A stretch of DNA of 42,745 bases from a virus. This document shows, in pieces, positions 22,056 to 30,064 of the stretch. The notes beneath the pieces were generated by a model. The model was not told the origin of the DNA, made no database searches, and was given only the letters and a program-made list of their open reading frames with translations. A program made the translations under genes and the position numbers. The stretch's first letter is position 1. Every line of letters starts with the position of its first letter. The DNA is taken from positions 1 to 42,745 of IMG/VR virus record IMGVR_UViG_3300019849_000002; one strand, given 5' to 3'.

Positions 22056-23075
22056 ATGGCTGTCAACGCTAACACCGTTGAAACTTATGACAACAGCGTT
22101 ATTCGAGAGGACCTGCAAGAAGCTTACACAATGATTTCGCCCGAGGAAACTCCTTTCCAAGAGGCGGTACGCACTGAAACAGCTTCGAACACCCTTTTCG
22201 AATGGCCTGTAGTCGAATTGGCTGCTGTAGACCCTAACAACCGCGTTGCGGAAGGTGAGGCAGATCCCGGAAATGACGCGGCAACGCTTGCTTTGCGTTT
22301 GTCTAACTACACACAAATCTCTGATAAAGTTGTAGAAGTGTCTCACACTTCTCAGGCTGTAGACGCTGCTGCTGAAAACGTTCAGCGTATTTCTACTCAG
22401 ATCGTGCTTAAACTCAAAGAGATGAAGCGCGACAAAGAGACAATGTTTCTGGATAACGTTGCTGCGTCTGCGGCATCTTCTGGCAACGCTCGTGTGTCTG
22501 CTGGACTTCCTGCGTTTATCAAGACAAACTCTGTGTTTGAGACCGGTGGTGTAGACCCTACGCTTTCCGGTGGTAACGAGGGTTTTCCAAACGCTGCCGC
22601 TCAAGCTGCCGCTCAAAATGCAGGCTCATCTGCTCTATTTGCAGAAGATAACCTTAATCAAGTAATTGAGGACTGCTGGAATGAAGGTGCAGAGCCTTCG
22701 ATTATTATGTGTAATTCTGGTAACAAGCGCCGCATTTCGTCAGCGTTTACCGGAAACAGCACACGATACAAAGACGCTATTGATAAGAGATTGGTTAACT
22801 CCATCGACTTCTACGATAGCGACTTTGGCGAGTTGACAGTTGTTCCAAACCGCTTTATGCGTACAATTAACCCCGGAACAACAAATGACTCTTTCAATGT
22901 CTTTGTGCTTGATCCTCAATACGCTGCTATTGCGTATCTGGATGAAGTACAGCAAAAGCCATTGGCTGAGACTGGTCACTCCATCCGCCGCCTAGTATGG
23001 TGCGAGGCAGGCCTGCAAGTTGATAACGAAAAGGCTCACGGCATCATTCGTGACACCAACAACGCTATCAGCTAA
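22056..23075 (+). CDS. Major capsid protein (SU10/DUF5309-type, HK97 fold)
   Basis: 339 aa. The N-terminal YDNSVIREDLQEAYTMISPEETPFQEAV...LFEWPVVELA matches the remembered SU10-type MCP signature, and it follows the scaffold gene. Confidence 0.8.
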   Translation: MAVNANTVETYDNSVIREDLQEAYTMISPEETPFQEAVRTETASNTLFEWPVVELAAVDPNNRVAEGEADPGNDAATLALRLSNYTQISDKVVEVSHTSQAVDAAAENVQRISTQIVLKLKEMKRDKETMFLDNVAASAASSGNARVSAGLPAFIKTNSVFETGGVDPTLSGGNEGFPNAAAQAAAQNAGSSALFAEDNLNQVIEDCWNEGAEPSIIMCNSGNKRRISSAFTGNSTRYKDAIDKRLVNSIDFYDSDFGELTVVPNRFMRTINPGTTNDSFNVFVLDPQYAAIAYLDEVQQKPLAETGHSIRRLVWCEAGLQVDNEKAHGIIRDTNNAIS

Positions 23076-23089
23076 TAGTTAAACTGTAG

Positions 23090-23105
23090 TCCCTGTTATC
23101 AGGGA
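23090..23105. repeat. PAL16 copy with perfect 10-bp arms (23085..23110)
   Basis: tgtagtccct-gttatc-agggactaca; intergenic, 10 nt after the capsid stop. Confidence 0.95.
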
Positions 23106-23126
23106 CTACAATCAACGGAGAAAAAG

Positions 23127-23492
23127 ATGGCTAGAAGTTCTAAGCAACCGGGTGAAAAACCAAATGCAGAAGACATTCCTAAAGGAATGATGGCGTTTGA
23201 AGTGACAGGCGCAACTATTCGTGATAATCTGGGAGATTATTGCGAAAAAGGGGATTGGGCGGTACTGAATAAAGGTACAGCAACAGCCTACCTTAAGAAA
23301 AACTTGATTAAGGTTGAAATGCCTGATTTTGGAGATGAAGATGATACTGAATCCGCAGATGAAGGCGGCACAGAAACTTCGGATGCTGCTGTCACGGATA
23401 GTAGTACAGAAGGCGATGAAAGTGCCTCTAAGCCCAAGTCAAGAAAATCTGCTGGCAGAGTGTCACAGACAACAGCATCTAAAGCCGACTGA
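23127..23492 (+). CDS. Hypothetical protein (121 aa), acidic Ser/Thr-rich C-terminal half
   Basis: Track ORF with SD GGAG upstream. Confidence 0.7.
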   Translation: MARSSKQPGEKPNAEDIPKGMMAFEVTGATIRDNLGDYCEKGDWAVLNKGTATAYLKKNLIKVEMPDFGDEDDTESADEGGTETSDAAVTDSSTEGDESASKPKSRKSAGRVSQTTASKAD

Positions 23493-23556
23493 GACAGTTA
23501 GCGTAGATTCAGATGGTACGGTGATTATTCGCCGTACCAATGATGCTGAGCCTATT

Positions 23557-23769
23557 ATGAACGCCATGAAAGACTATGGCGACGTAATAGACAGGCACCA
23601 TAGATCAGGGGCTGTAGGTGCTAAAATGATCGGTAGTCTTGATCCTATTACTGCATCTGTTTGGGCTAAAGAAAGTGGTCTAAAAATTGGCACTAAAGAG
23701 TTTGCTCAATTTGCGTCGAAGCGTATTAAAGAAGACATAGACTTTCGCAAATTTAGGATGGGTCACTAA
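23557..23769 (+). CDS. Hypothetical protein (70 aa; start uncertain)
   Basis: This is the 3' part of track ORF 23314..23769. The upstream 179 nt overlap the previous ORF in another frame. ATG 23557 is the first in-frame ATG after that stop (weak SD). Confidence 0.4.
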   Translation: MNAMKDYGDVIDRHHRSGAVGAKMIGSLDPITASVWAKESGLKIGTKEFAQFASKRIKEDIDFRKFRMGH

Positions 23770-24449
23770 TGGCTTTCGACTACGCTACTTTCAAGTCTTA
23801 TTTAGCCACATTTCTGTGGAAACAAGACGATGCTGATTTAGTAACTAATCTAGACAGCCTTATTCGTATGGCTAATGCTGAATTGAATACTAGGCTTGAC
23901 GTACAGCGTAGACAAGTCACTGTGACTATTTTGCCAGAAACTCAGGACTACTTATTGCCTGCTGATTATAGAACAATGGGCCTATTGTCTAATAATTCTA
24001 TAGGTAACTATCTGACTACCTCTGATCCTAAAATGCGCTCAACTACTCTTAATGACATTTATGCTTTGCGTGCTAGAGGAACTGAAATAACTCAGCCTTT
24101 TTACGCTGTAGACAAAAATAATGGGGTAGACGTTTTAAGATTAGTAGGACCATTTTCAACACAAAATCCGGGAGACTTTACTTTAGTATATAGAACTTCT
24201 GTTCCTGACTATCAAACTACTGATGCTTCATGGGTAGAAGATCTATACTTAGATTTATACGTTTATACAGTACTTTCTCACACAGCACCTTTTCTAAGAG
24301 AAGATGAAAGAATACCAGTATGGGCTGGTATGAAGGCAGAGGCCTTAAACTACGCATTAGAAGAGGATGCACATCACATGGATCATGGAGGTACACCGCT
24401 GCAAATGCAGCCACACCGCCAAGTCCCTAACACTAGGGACAGATGGTAA
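23769..24449 (+). CDS. Virion protein (226 aa), head-tail joining candidate by position
   Basis: Track ORF with a TAATG overlap upstream; no family recognised. Confidence 0.7.
   Translation: MAFDYATFKSYLATFLWKQDDADLVTNLDSLIRMANAELNTRLDVQRRQVTVTILPETQDYLLPADYRTMGLLSNNSIGNYLTTSDPKMRSTTLNDIYALRARGTEITQPFYAVDKNNGVDVLRLVGPFSTQNPGDFTLVYRTSVPDYQTTDASWVEDLYLDLYVYTVLSHTAPFLREDERIPVWAGMKAEALNYALEEDAHHMDHGGTPLQMQPHRQVPNTRDRW
24424..24439. repeat. PAL16 copy
   Basis: tccct-aacact-aggga; encodes the VPNTRD tail of 23769..24449, 9 nt upstream of ATG 24449. Confidence 0.9.
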
Positions 24450-24805
24450 TGCAGTTCAAAGATTATATGACAGTCTTTGTTCCAGTCACATTAGCAATTC
24501 TTGTCAATGTCGGTGCTGGAATGCAGATGTTTTTTGCTATGCAGTCTGATATAGCGGACAATGCTCAAGACATTGCTGAAATGGTGGACGACTTTAAGAC
24601 CACTAGAGCAGCTTATGACAATAGAGAAATTCGTCAATGGACTCGTATCAATGATGTAGAAGAAGACGTTATGTTAGCTCTGGCTAATGAGCGTGCTATA
24701 CAAGCGGTGCTTAACTCCGTGCAACAAGACGTTGAACTTCTCAGAGATGATATCAAGGAAAACAATTCTCTATTACGGCAACTCTTGACAAAAGGTGTAG
24801 AATGA
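24449..24805 (+). CDS. Holin-like membrane protein (one N-terminal TM plus coiled coil)
   Basis: MQFKDYMTVFVPVTLAILVNVGAGMQMFFAM.. It lies directly upstream of the endolysin. ATG 24443 is an alternative start. Confidence 0.5.
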   Translation: MQFKDYMTVFVPVTLAILVNVGAGMQMFFAMQSDIADNAQDIAEMVDDFKTTRAAYDNREIRQWTRINDVEEDVMLALANERAIQAVLNSVQQDVELLRDDIKENNSLLRQLLTKGVE

Positions 24806-25467
24806 TACCTAATCACAAAAAGAACATTATGATCCACTGCTTAGCTACTAAAAAGTCGTGGGGTGAAGATAAAACTGCTAGAGAAGCGGTTCAAGAAGTG
24901 AGAGATTGGCACGTTCATCATAATGGATGGAGTGACATTGCTTACGCTGGCATCATTGATTATGATGGTAACTGGTGTAATGGTCGTGATTTAGACGGCG
25001 ATGGGGATGTTTGGGAAGAAACTGGTGCAGGGGCCAAAGGATGGAATAAAGACACTATACATTTAGCTCTTGTAGGTGGGTTTGGGAGCGACGCTAATGA
25101 CAGTCCATATGACCACTTTACTTCTCAGCAGTTAGCTATGCTGCGTGTAAAGATTGAAGAGGTTCAAGATAAGGCAGGTAGGAAACTAAGAGTTATGGGG
25201 CATAATGAAGTATCTGCAAAAGCTTGTCCGGGTTTTAATGTCCCGCAATGGTACAAAGACACAAAACCTAAAACCTTGGCTGGCTCTAGAACAATGCAAG
25301 GTGGCGCGGTTGCCAGTATCGGCACAGTTGCCTCTGCTATTACTGCTATCTCTCAGCTTGAGGGCTATGCTCAAGTAGCAGTAATCGTAACTACTGGTAT
25401 TGTTCTCGTTGCTTTAGCTTGGGTATTCCGTGCCAGAATCTCTGATTGGGTGAGAGGAAGAAGATGA
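24802..25467 (+). CDS. N-acetylmuramoyl-L-alanine amidase (Amidase_2/T7-lysozyme type) with C-terminal TM segment
   Basis: HCLAT..RDWHVHHNGWSDIAYAGII..GAKGWNKDTIHLALVGG..MGHNEVSAKACPGFNV. The C-terminus VAVIVTTGIVLVALAWVF is hydrophobic. Confidence 0.85.
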   Translation: MIPNHKKNIMIHCLATKKSWGEDKTAREAVQEVRDWHVHHNGWSDIAYAGIIDYDGNWCNGRDLDGDGDVWEETGAGAKGWNKDTIHLALVGGFGSDANDSPYDHFTSQQLAMLRVKIEEVQDKAGRKLRVMGHNEVSAKACPGFNVPQWYKDTKPKTLAGSRTMQGGAVASIGTVASAITAISQLEGYAQVAVIVTTGIVLVALAWVFRARISDWVRGRR

Positions 25468-25718
25468 GAGTAGGGTCTATTATAGCAGTAGTTTACATAG
25501 CTTCTCTTATTGCTGTAGGCTACCTAGTCAGACAAAACACAAAAGCAGAAATGCAGTTAGAAATCGAAAGAGTAAATCAAGCTGCATACACTGATATTTT
25601 GGAGGCTATCCAAGATGAGAACATTGATCCTTCTGACGATGATGCTGTCATTAACCGGCTGTGTCAATTGGCTGGTATCACAACAGACGCTGAATGCAGC
25701 ACTATGCTCGGGAACTGA
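25464..25718 (+). CDS. i-spanin candidate (N-terminal TM)
   Basis: ATGA overlap with the amidase stop, and SD GAGAGGAAG. MRVGSIIAVVYIASLIAVGYLV forms the TM. The lipoprotein ORF starts inside it. Confidence 0.55.
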   Translation: MRVGSIIAVVYIASLIAVGYLVRQNTKAEMQLEIERVNQAAYTDILEAIQDENIDPSDDDAVINRLCQLAGITTDAECSTMLGN

Positions 25719-25845
25719 GGCAACCAGAATAGAGCACGCTAAAGCTCTTCTTCAAGATGGAGGAAGAGTTTCTAGAGCAACAGGAGCTATTCTGCTAGGT
25801 CAAATAGATAGGGGCTGCGAGGCAGTCCCTACTGCTGGGGAATAA
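25615..25845 (+). CDS. o-spanin candidate (lipoprotein)
   Basis: MRTLILLTMMLSLTGC carries lipobox LTGC. It overlaps the i-spanin ORF out of frame and extends beyond it. Confidence 0.65.
   Translation: MRTLILLTMMLSLTGCVNWLVSQQTLNAALCSGTEATRIEHAKALLQDGGRVSRATGAILLGQIDRGCEAVPTAGE
25826..25841. repeat. PAL16 copy
   Basis: tccct-actgct-gggga; encodes the VPTAGE tail of the o-spanin, 5 nt upstream of ATG 25847. Confidence 0.9.
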
Positions 25846-25846
25846 C

Positions 25847-26566
25847 ATGGCTACACCAACACCATCTTACGGGTTTAACCTGCCGACTGTTGGAGGAGAT
25901 ACCAATATTTGGGGAGGTCTGTTAAACTCTAACTGGAGCTTAATGGACGATTTGCTTGACGGTACAACTCCTGTGGATGGTATTGCCATTACAGGAGGCA
26001 CTGTAGATAACGCAGTCATTGGTAGCGTTACTCCTTCTACTGCTTTATTTACAACAGCTAGCGCTACATCTTTTGTAGCAAGTGGATTCATAAATACTCC
26101 CCAATTTAATAGGGCTGCTGGGCAACGTATTACCATGCGTTTTAACGCTGTTGACTTGTTCAGGTTTGATGAAATCGGATTAAGATTTGGTGCAGCAGCG
26201 GCAGAAGTGTCCCTAGATCTACAAGATCGTACTGATGCTCTGTCCCTACCATTAGGGACTACTGCACAACGTCCTGCTGCTAGTGCTGGCAGACTACGCT
26301 ACAACTCTGACACTAATACATTTGAAGGGTCGGATGGCACTCAGTGGGGCACTGTAGGAGGCGGTACTGGACGTTTTAAAGGAGAAAACGGTACACAAGA
26401 CCCGACAGGAGTTGGTGCTGGTGATATATTCAGAGTTAATGAGAAAGAACTAAATACTGATGTTACTATAGAAGCTACAGAAAACGCTTCTTGTGCTGGA
26501 CCTTTAACTGTGGCTACAGGAGTGACTTTGACTGTATCTAGCGGAGGGGAGCTTGTAATACTATGA
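25847..26566 (+). CDS. Tail fibre-like protein
   Basis: 239 aa. The N-terminal YGFNLPTVGGDTNIWGGLLNSNWSLMDDLLDG is a motif I associate with phage fibre N-termini. Confidence 0.6.
   Translation: MATPTPSYGFNLPTVGGDTNIWGGLLNSNWSLMDDLLDGTTPVDGIAITGGTVDNAVIGSVTPSTALFTTASATSFVASGFINTPQFNRAAGQRITMRFNAVDLFRFDEIGLRFGAAAAEVSLDLQDRTDALSLPLGTTAQRPAASAGRLRYNSDTNTFEGSDGTQWGTVGGGTGRFKGENGTQDPTGVGAGDIFRVNEKELNTDVTIEATENASCAGPLTVATGVTLTVSSGGELVIL
26243..26258. repeat. PAL16 copy
   Basis: tccct-accatt-aggga; inside the fibre-like CDS (SLPLGT). Confidence 0.9.
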
Positions 26567-26925
26567 GTACTATTAGAGTAGCTTCTATAGCTAATATAGC
26601 TGGTACTGGTCCTTCTACTTTGACAGGTCAAGAAGCGTCTAAATCTAACATTAACTTTGACGGTACTGGGGTTATTAACTTACTTAGAGGATTTAACGTG
26701 TCTACTTTGTTAGACAACGGTACAGGAAACTACGCTTGGACTTACACTAACATTTTTATTGACACAAACTACGCATGTGTTTTTGGTGGTTCTGCTCCTC
26801 AAGTAAATTTTCGTATACCTTTTGTAAATACATCTTCTCAAACATCTATTTTCGTAACTAACAGCGGGGGATCGCTCACTGATTTTGATTTTGTGTGCTC
26901 TAATACTATAGGAGATTTAGCATGA
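26563..26925 (+). CDS. Small virion-associated protein, paralogue 1 of 3
   Basis: 120 aa running MSTIRVASI...GDLA; ATGA overlaps on both sides. Confidence 0.75.
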   Translation: MSTIRVASIANIAGTGPSTLTGQEASKSNINFDGTGVINLLRGFNVSTLLDNGTGNYAWTYTNIFIDTNYACVFGGSAPQVNFRIPFVNTSSQTSIFVTNSGGSLTDFDFVCSNTIGDLA

Positions 26926-27287
26926 GCACTATTCGTGTAGACAACTTTGCTCCTTCTACTGGCGGTACGTCTTATAGCTCTAGAGGTATTGCGAAAGTAT
27001 GGGCGCAAGTTGATAATACAGTAGTTATTTCTCTATCTGACGGAGAAAATATAGCATCATTGACTGACGAAGCCATCGGTGTTTTTTCGGCAAACATTAC
27101 GAACAATTGGGATGATATAAATTTTTGCGCTGCTGGATGTGCCAATGGAGGCTTTACTGTTAATGCAGTAGAAAGTGGTTCTCTGACAACAATAACTTCT
27201 GCTGTGCGAATGCTATATACAAACAATGCAGGAGCGTTTACCGATGCGGAACGTAATCATGTTCTTGCAATGGGAGATTTGGCATGA
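26922..27287 (+). CDS. Small virion-associated protein, paralogue 2 of 3
   Basis: 121 aa running MSTIRVDNF..AKVWAQVD..IASLTDEAIG..GDLA. Confidence 0.75.
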   Translation: MSTIRVDNFAPSTGGTSYSSRGIAKVWAQVDNTVVISLSDGENIASLTDEAIGVFSANITNNWDDINFCAAGCANGGFTVNAVESGSLTTITSAVRMLYTNNAGAFTDAERNHVLAMGDLA

Positions 27288-27655
27288 GCACTATTATAGC
27301 GCAAAATTTCAGTGATTCTACGTTGACAGTTGTTGCTACTACTATAACTCAGGGCGCACCAAAAGCTTGGGTAAAAGCAGAAAATGGTGGAATAGTTGCA
27401 GATAGCTATAATATAGCGTCAGTAACAGATGAAGCAGCAGGAGCTTATCGTCCTAATTTTTCTACACTATTTTTAGACACTTCTTACGTCACTACTTCTC
27501 AATCTTCATTTGTTAACGGTGTAATAAACGGTATGACTTGCACAAATGTAGATCAGCTAAGTAGTAGTATGTCTATTCGCATGGTTGGAATAGACGGTAC
27601 TCAACGAGACCCAACTCTAGGGATGTATGCAGCTTTTCATGGAGCACTTTCATGA
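27284..27655 (+). CDS. Small virion-associated protein, paralogue 3 of 3
   Basis: 123 aa running MSTIIAQNF..PKAWVKAE..IASVTDEAAG..GALS. Confidence 0.75.
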   Translation: MSTIIAQNFSDSTLTVVATTITQGAPKAWVKAENGGIVADSYNIASVTDEAAGAYRPNFSTLFLDTSYVTTSQSSFVNGVINGMTCTNVDQLSSSMSIRMVGIDGTQRDPTLGMYAAFHGALS

Positions 27656-28170
27656 GCTATTACAAGCACAGTATTGTAGACGAAAATGACAGTCCATTAG
27701 ACTGGGGAGTTGTTCCTTTATGGTATAGAGAGCAACAGTTCACTGACATAGTTACCAACTTTGATCCAGAGGCGTTATCTTATCACGGAAAGTACGCCAT
27801 CGTTTGGGAAGATCCTGATGAGGATGCTCCGTGTAAAATAACTCGTCCGTCTCCTGTATGGCTTGCAATGGCTATGCACGGAGGTATCATTCCTCCTGTT
27901 CAAGTTTATTGGGCGCTAGCAGAGGATGAAGCTAACCCAGAGTTTAAAAAGCATACTAGAGGTCATCTTTTGCACGACACTCCTACAATGCGTCCTCTTA
28001 CAGAAGAAGAGGCTATGCAATATCTAGTGATGAAAGACGTTCCTCCTAGAGTTTGGAGAGACTATAGAGGAAACAAAACTATCTTAAAGATAGTGCCAAT
28101 AGAATTAATCCCTACCAATAGGGAGAACAGAAACGCTTGGGCTATCCAAGATTTAGGAGAAGCAGCATGA
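27652..28170 (+). CDS. Hypothetical protein (172 aa)
   Basis: Track ORF with ATGA overlaps at both ends. Confidence 0.75.
   Translation: MSYYKHSIVDENDSPLDWGVVPLWYREQQFTDIVTNFDPEALSYHGKYAIVWEDPDEDAPCKITRPSPVWLAMAMHGGIIPPVQVYWALAEDEANPEFKKHTRGHLLHDTPTMRPLTEEEAMQYLVMKDVPPRVWRDYRGNKTILKIVPIELIPTNRENRNAWAIQDLGEAA
27693..27708. repeat. PAL16 degenerate copy
   Basis: tccat-tagact-gggga (one mismatch in the left arm); coding. Confidence 0.45.
28109..28124. repeat. PAL16 copy
   Basis: tccct-accaat-aggga; 3' part of 27652..28170 (IPTNRE), 42 nt upstream of ATG 28167. Confidence 0.9.
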
Positions 28171-28541
28171 CACAAACTCTAATTAGAATTGGCGGTGTGG
28201 ATTATCAAGCAGACGCTCTTAATCTTCCTGCTACTAGAGTAGATAGAGATTCTTGGGTAGTAGGAAATGACGGAGTTACCGTCGGAGTTGATATTACTAA
28301 AGCAGAGCAGCTAAAGCAAGAAGAAGCTGACGCAAAAGAGGCTGAAATTTTCGAAGGTACAGGAATTATTAAAGCTCTTGCAGACGCCACAGTAGACCTT
28401 GTGTTAGCTGCTAAAAACGGTCAACTCAACGATCTAAACAGAAATCAAATTAGACAACAGCTACGGCAAAGAGTTAGAGTGTATGCACGTCAAAACGTTG
28501 GCTTAAATAGTGATCCGTCTAACAACGGAAACAATCTCTAA
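28167..28541 (+). CDS. Hypothetical protein (124 aa)
   Basis: Start set at ATG 28167 (MTQTLIRIGG), with SD AGGAGAA and an ATGA overlap. Track start 28137 is rejected. Confidence 0.7.
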   Translation: MTQTLIRIGGVDYQADALNLPATRVDRDSWVVGNDGVTVGVDITKAEQLKQEEADAKEAEIFEGTGIIKALADATVDLVLAAKNGQLNDLNRNQIRQQLRQRVRVYARQNVGLNSDPSNNGNNL

Positions 28542-30064
28542 TGCCAATTTTACCGCTCAACCTTCCTCCGGGCATGTTTCGGAACGGTACTCCCTACACT
28601 AGAAAAGGTAGGTGGGAAGACGGAAGTCTTGTGCGGTGGCATGACGGTTCTTTGCGTCCTATCGGGGGGTGGCAACGTAGAACAGACAACTCCAGCTTTG
28701 TGTTGTCCCCATTGTCAGGGACTCCCTCAACAGAAGTCGTGAGGGATATTTTTGCTTGGCGTTCTCTTGCCCAATCTGCTAATTTTCTTTTTGGCAGCAA
28801 TACTAGCCTATATCATCTTGACAACGTAGGAACTGTTACAGATGTTACTCCAGCAGGAGCACAAACATCAGGTAAGGATTCTGTAGTCCAAGCTGGTTAC
28901 GGACAAAATCCTTATGGTGCTGGAGCTTATGGAGTAGCAAATAACTTAGCAGGCTCTGACCCGATACCTCCTTTGAGATGGGCTTTTGCAAACTTTGGAG
29001 AAGTAGCAATATTTCTCCAAAGAAACGCTAATCTAGGACCATTGTTTGAGCTTGACTTAGGAATCTTAACTACTAGCTCAGTGACGAATGCACCTACAGG
29101 AGGACAGGCAGTAACTGTTACAGACCAAAGACAGGTGATGCTTATTGGAGGAGGCGGTGTACCTAGACGTCTTCAAATGTCTGATGTAGAAGACAGAACA
29201 GACTGGACTCCTGTTGAAGCTAACCAAGCAGTTGACAGAGTTATTGCTGGAACTGGTAGGCTTCTAAATGTAGTTAACGTTTTACGGCAGTCCCTAATTA
29301 TTGGGGAGAATGATGCATTTGCTGTAGAATACATCGGACCTCCTTATGTAGTTAGTGTTGAGCTTGTAGGTGAAAACTGCGGACTTCTTGCTACAGAAGC
29401 AATAGCTAACACTGATCGCTTTGCTGTTTGGTGGGGAGATCGTAACTTTTGGTTGTATGACGGAACAGTGCAAGTACTAACTTGTGACGTTATTGACTTT
29501 CTATATGATGATATTGAACTAAGTCAAGTCGGTAAAATTGTTGCTATGACAAGAGCAGATTTTACCGAAATTTGGTGGTTATATCAATCTAATTCTTCTA
29601 CCACAGGAGAAGTAGATAGCTATGTTTATTGGGATTACAGAGACAACACATGGACAACAGGACGCTTAGACAGAACTGCTGGTATAGACAAAGGCACCGC
29701 TCTTGACCCTATTATGGTAGATAGCCAGAGTGCAATTTATAATCATGAGTTGCAATCAGTACTTCCCGACGGAGAAGTTTTTGCTGAGACTGGTCCTATT
29801 GATCTTCAAAATGGAGAAAAAAACGTAGCTGTAAGATATATTTATCCTGATCATGACACACCAGATGACGTTACATATACTCTGTTTGGTAGGCAATTCC
29901 CTAACGCTGGGGAGAACACTTTTGGTCCTTATGCTCAACGTAACCCAACTCCTACTAGAGCAATAGGAAGAAGCATTAGAATGAGAGTAGACCTTCTAAA
30001 CGCTATGTCAGAGGTAGGTATTGTTAGGATGGATGTCACTAATTTCGGAACAGGTAGACGCTAA
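28541..30064 (+). CDS. Virion structural protein (507 aa), tail/nozzle candidate
   Basis: Track ORF with N-terminus MPILPLNLPPGMFRNGTPYTRKGRWEDGSLVRW; the call rests on position and size only. Confidence 0.7.
   Translation: MPILPLNLPPGMFRNGTPYTRKGRWEDGSLVRWHDGSLRPIGGWQRRTDNSSFVLSPLSGTPSTEVVRDIFAWRSLAQSANFLFGSNTSLYHLDNVGTVTDVTPAGAQTSGKDSVVQAGYGQNPYGAGAYGVANNLAGSDPIPPLRWAFANFGEVAIFLQRNANLGPLFELDLGILTTSSVTNAPTGGQAVTVTDQRQVMLIGGGGVPRRLQMSDVEDRTDWTPVEANQAVDRVIAGTGRLLNVVNVLRQSLIIGENDAFAVEYIGPPYVVSVELVGENCGLLATEAIANTDRFAVWWGDRNFWLYDGTVQVLTCDVIDFLYDDIELSQVGKIVAMTRADFTEIWWLYQSNSSTTGEVDSYVYWDYRDNTWTTGRLDRTAGIDKGTALDPIMVDSQSAIYNHELQSVLPDGEVFAETGPIDLQNGEKNVAVRYIYPDHDTPDDVTYTLFGRQFPNAGENTFGPYAQRNPTPTRAIGRSIRMRVDLLNAMSEVGIVRMDVTNFGTGRR
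28706..28721. repeat. PAL16 copy
   Basis: tcccc-attgtc-aggga; inside the 507-aa CDS (SPLSGT). Confidence 0.9.
29291..29307. repeat. PAL16 spacing variant (7-nt spacer)
   Basis: tccct-aattatt-gggga; inside the 507-aa CDS. Confidence 0.7.
29898..29913. repeat. PAL16 copy
   Basis: tccct-aacgct-gggga; inside the 507-aa CDS (FPNAGE). Confidence 0.9.

Noticed and set aside
22026-22616. 196-aa minus-strand ORF inside the capsid gene, and other minus-strand ORFs in the rightward arm (14748..15269, 15951..16199, 16650..16931, 17067..17309, 17880..18143, 18948..19187, 19634..19894, 21815..22075, 22740..22979, 25867..26136, 26341..26631, 28205..28390, and others)
   Set aside because: They are antisense to well-supported structural genes, Arg/Ser-rich, and have no start context.
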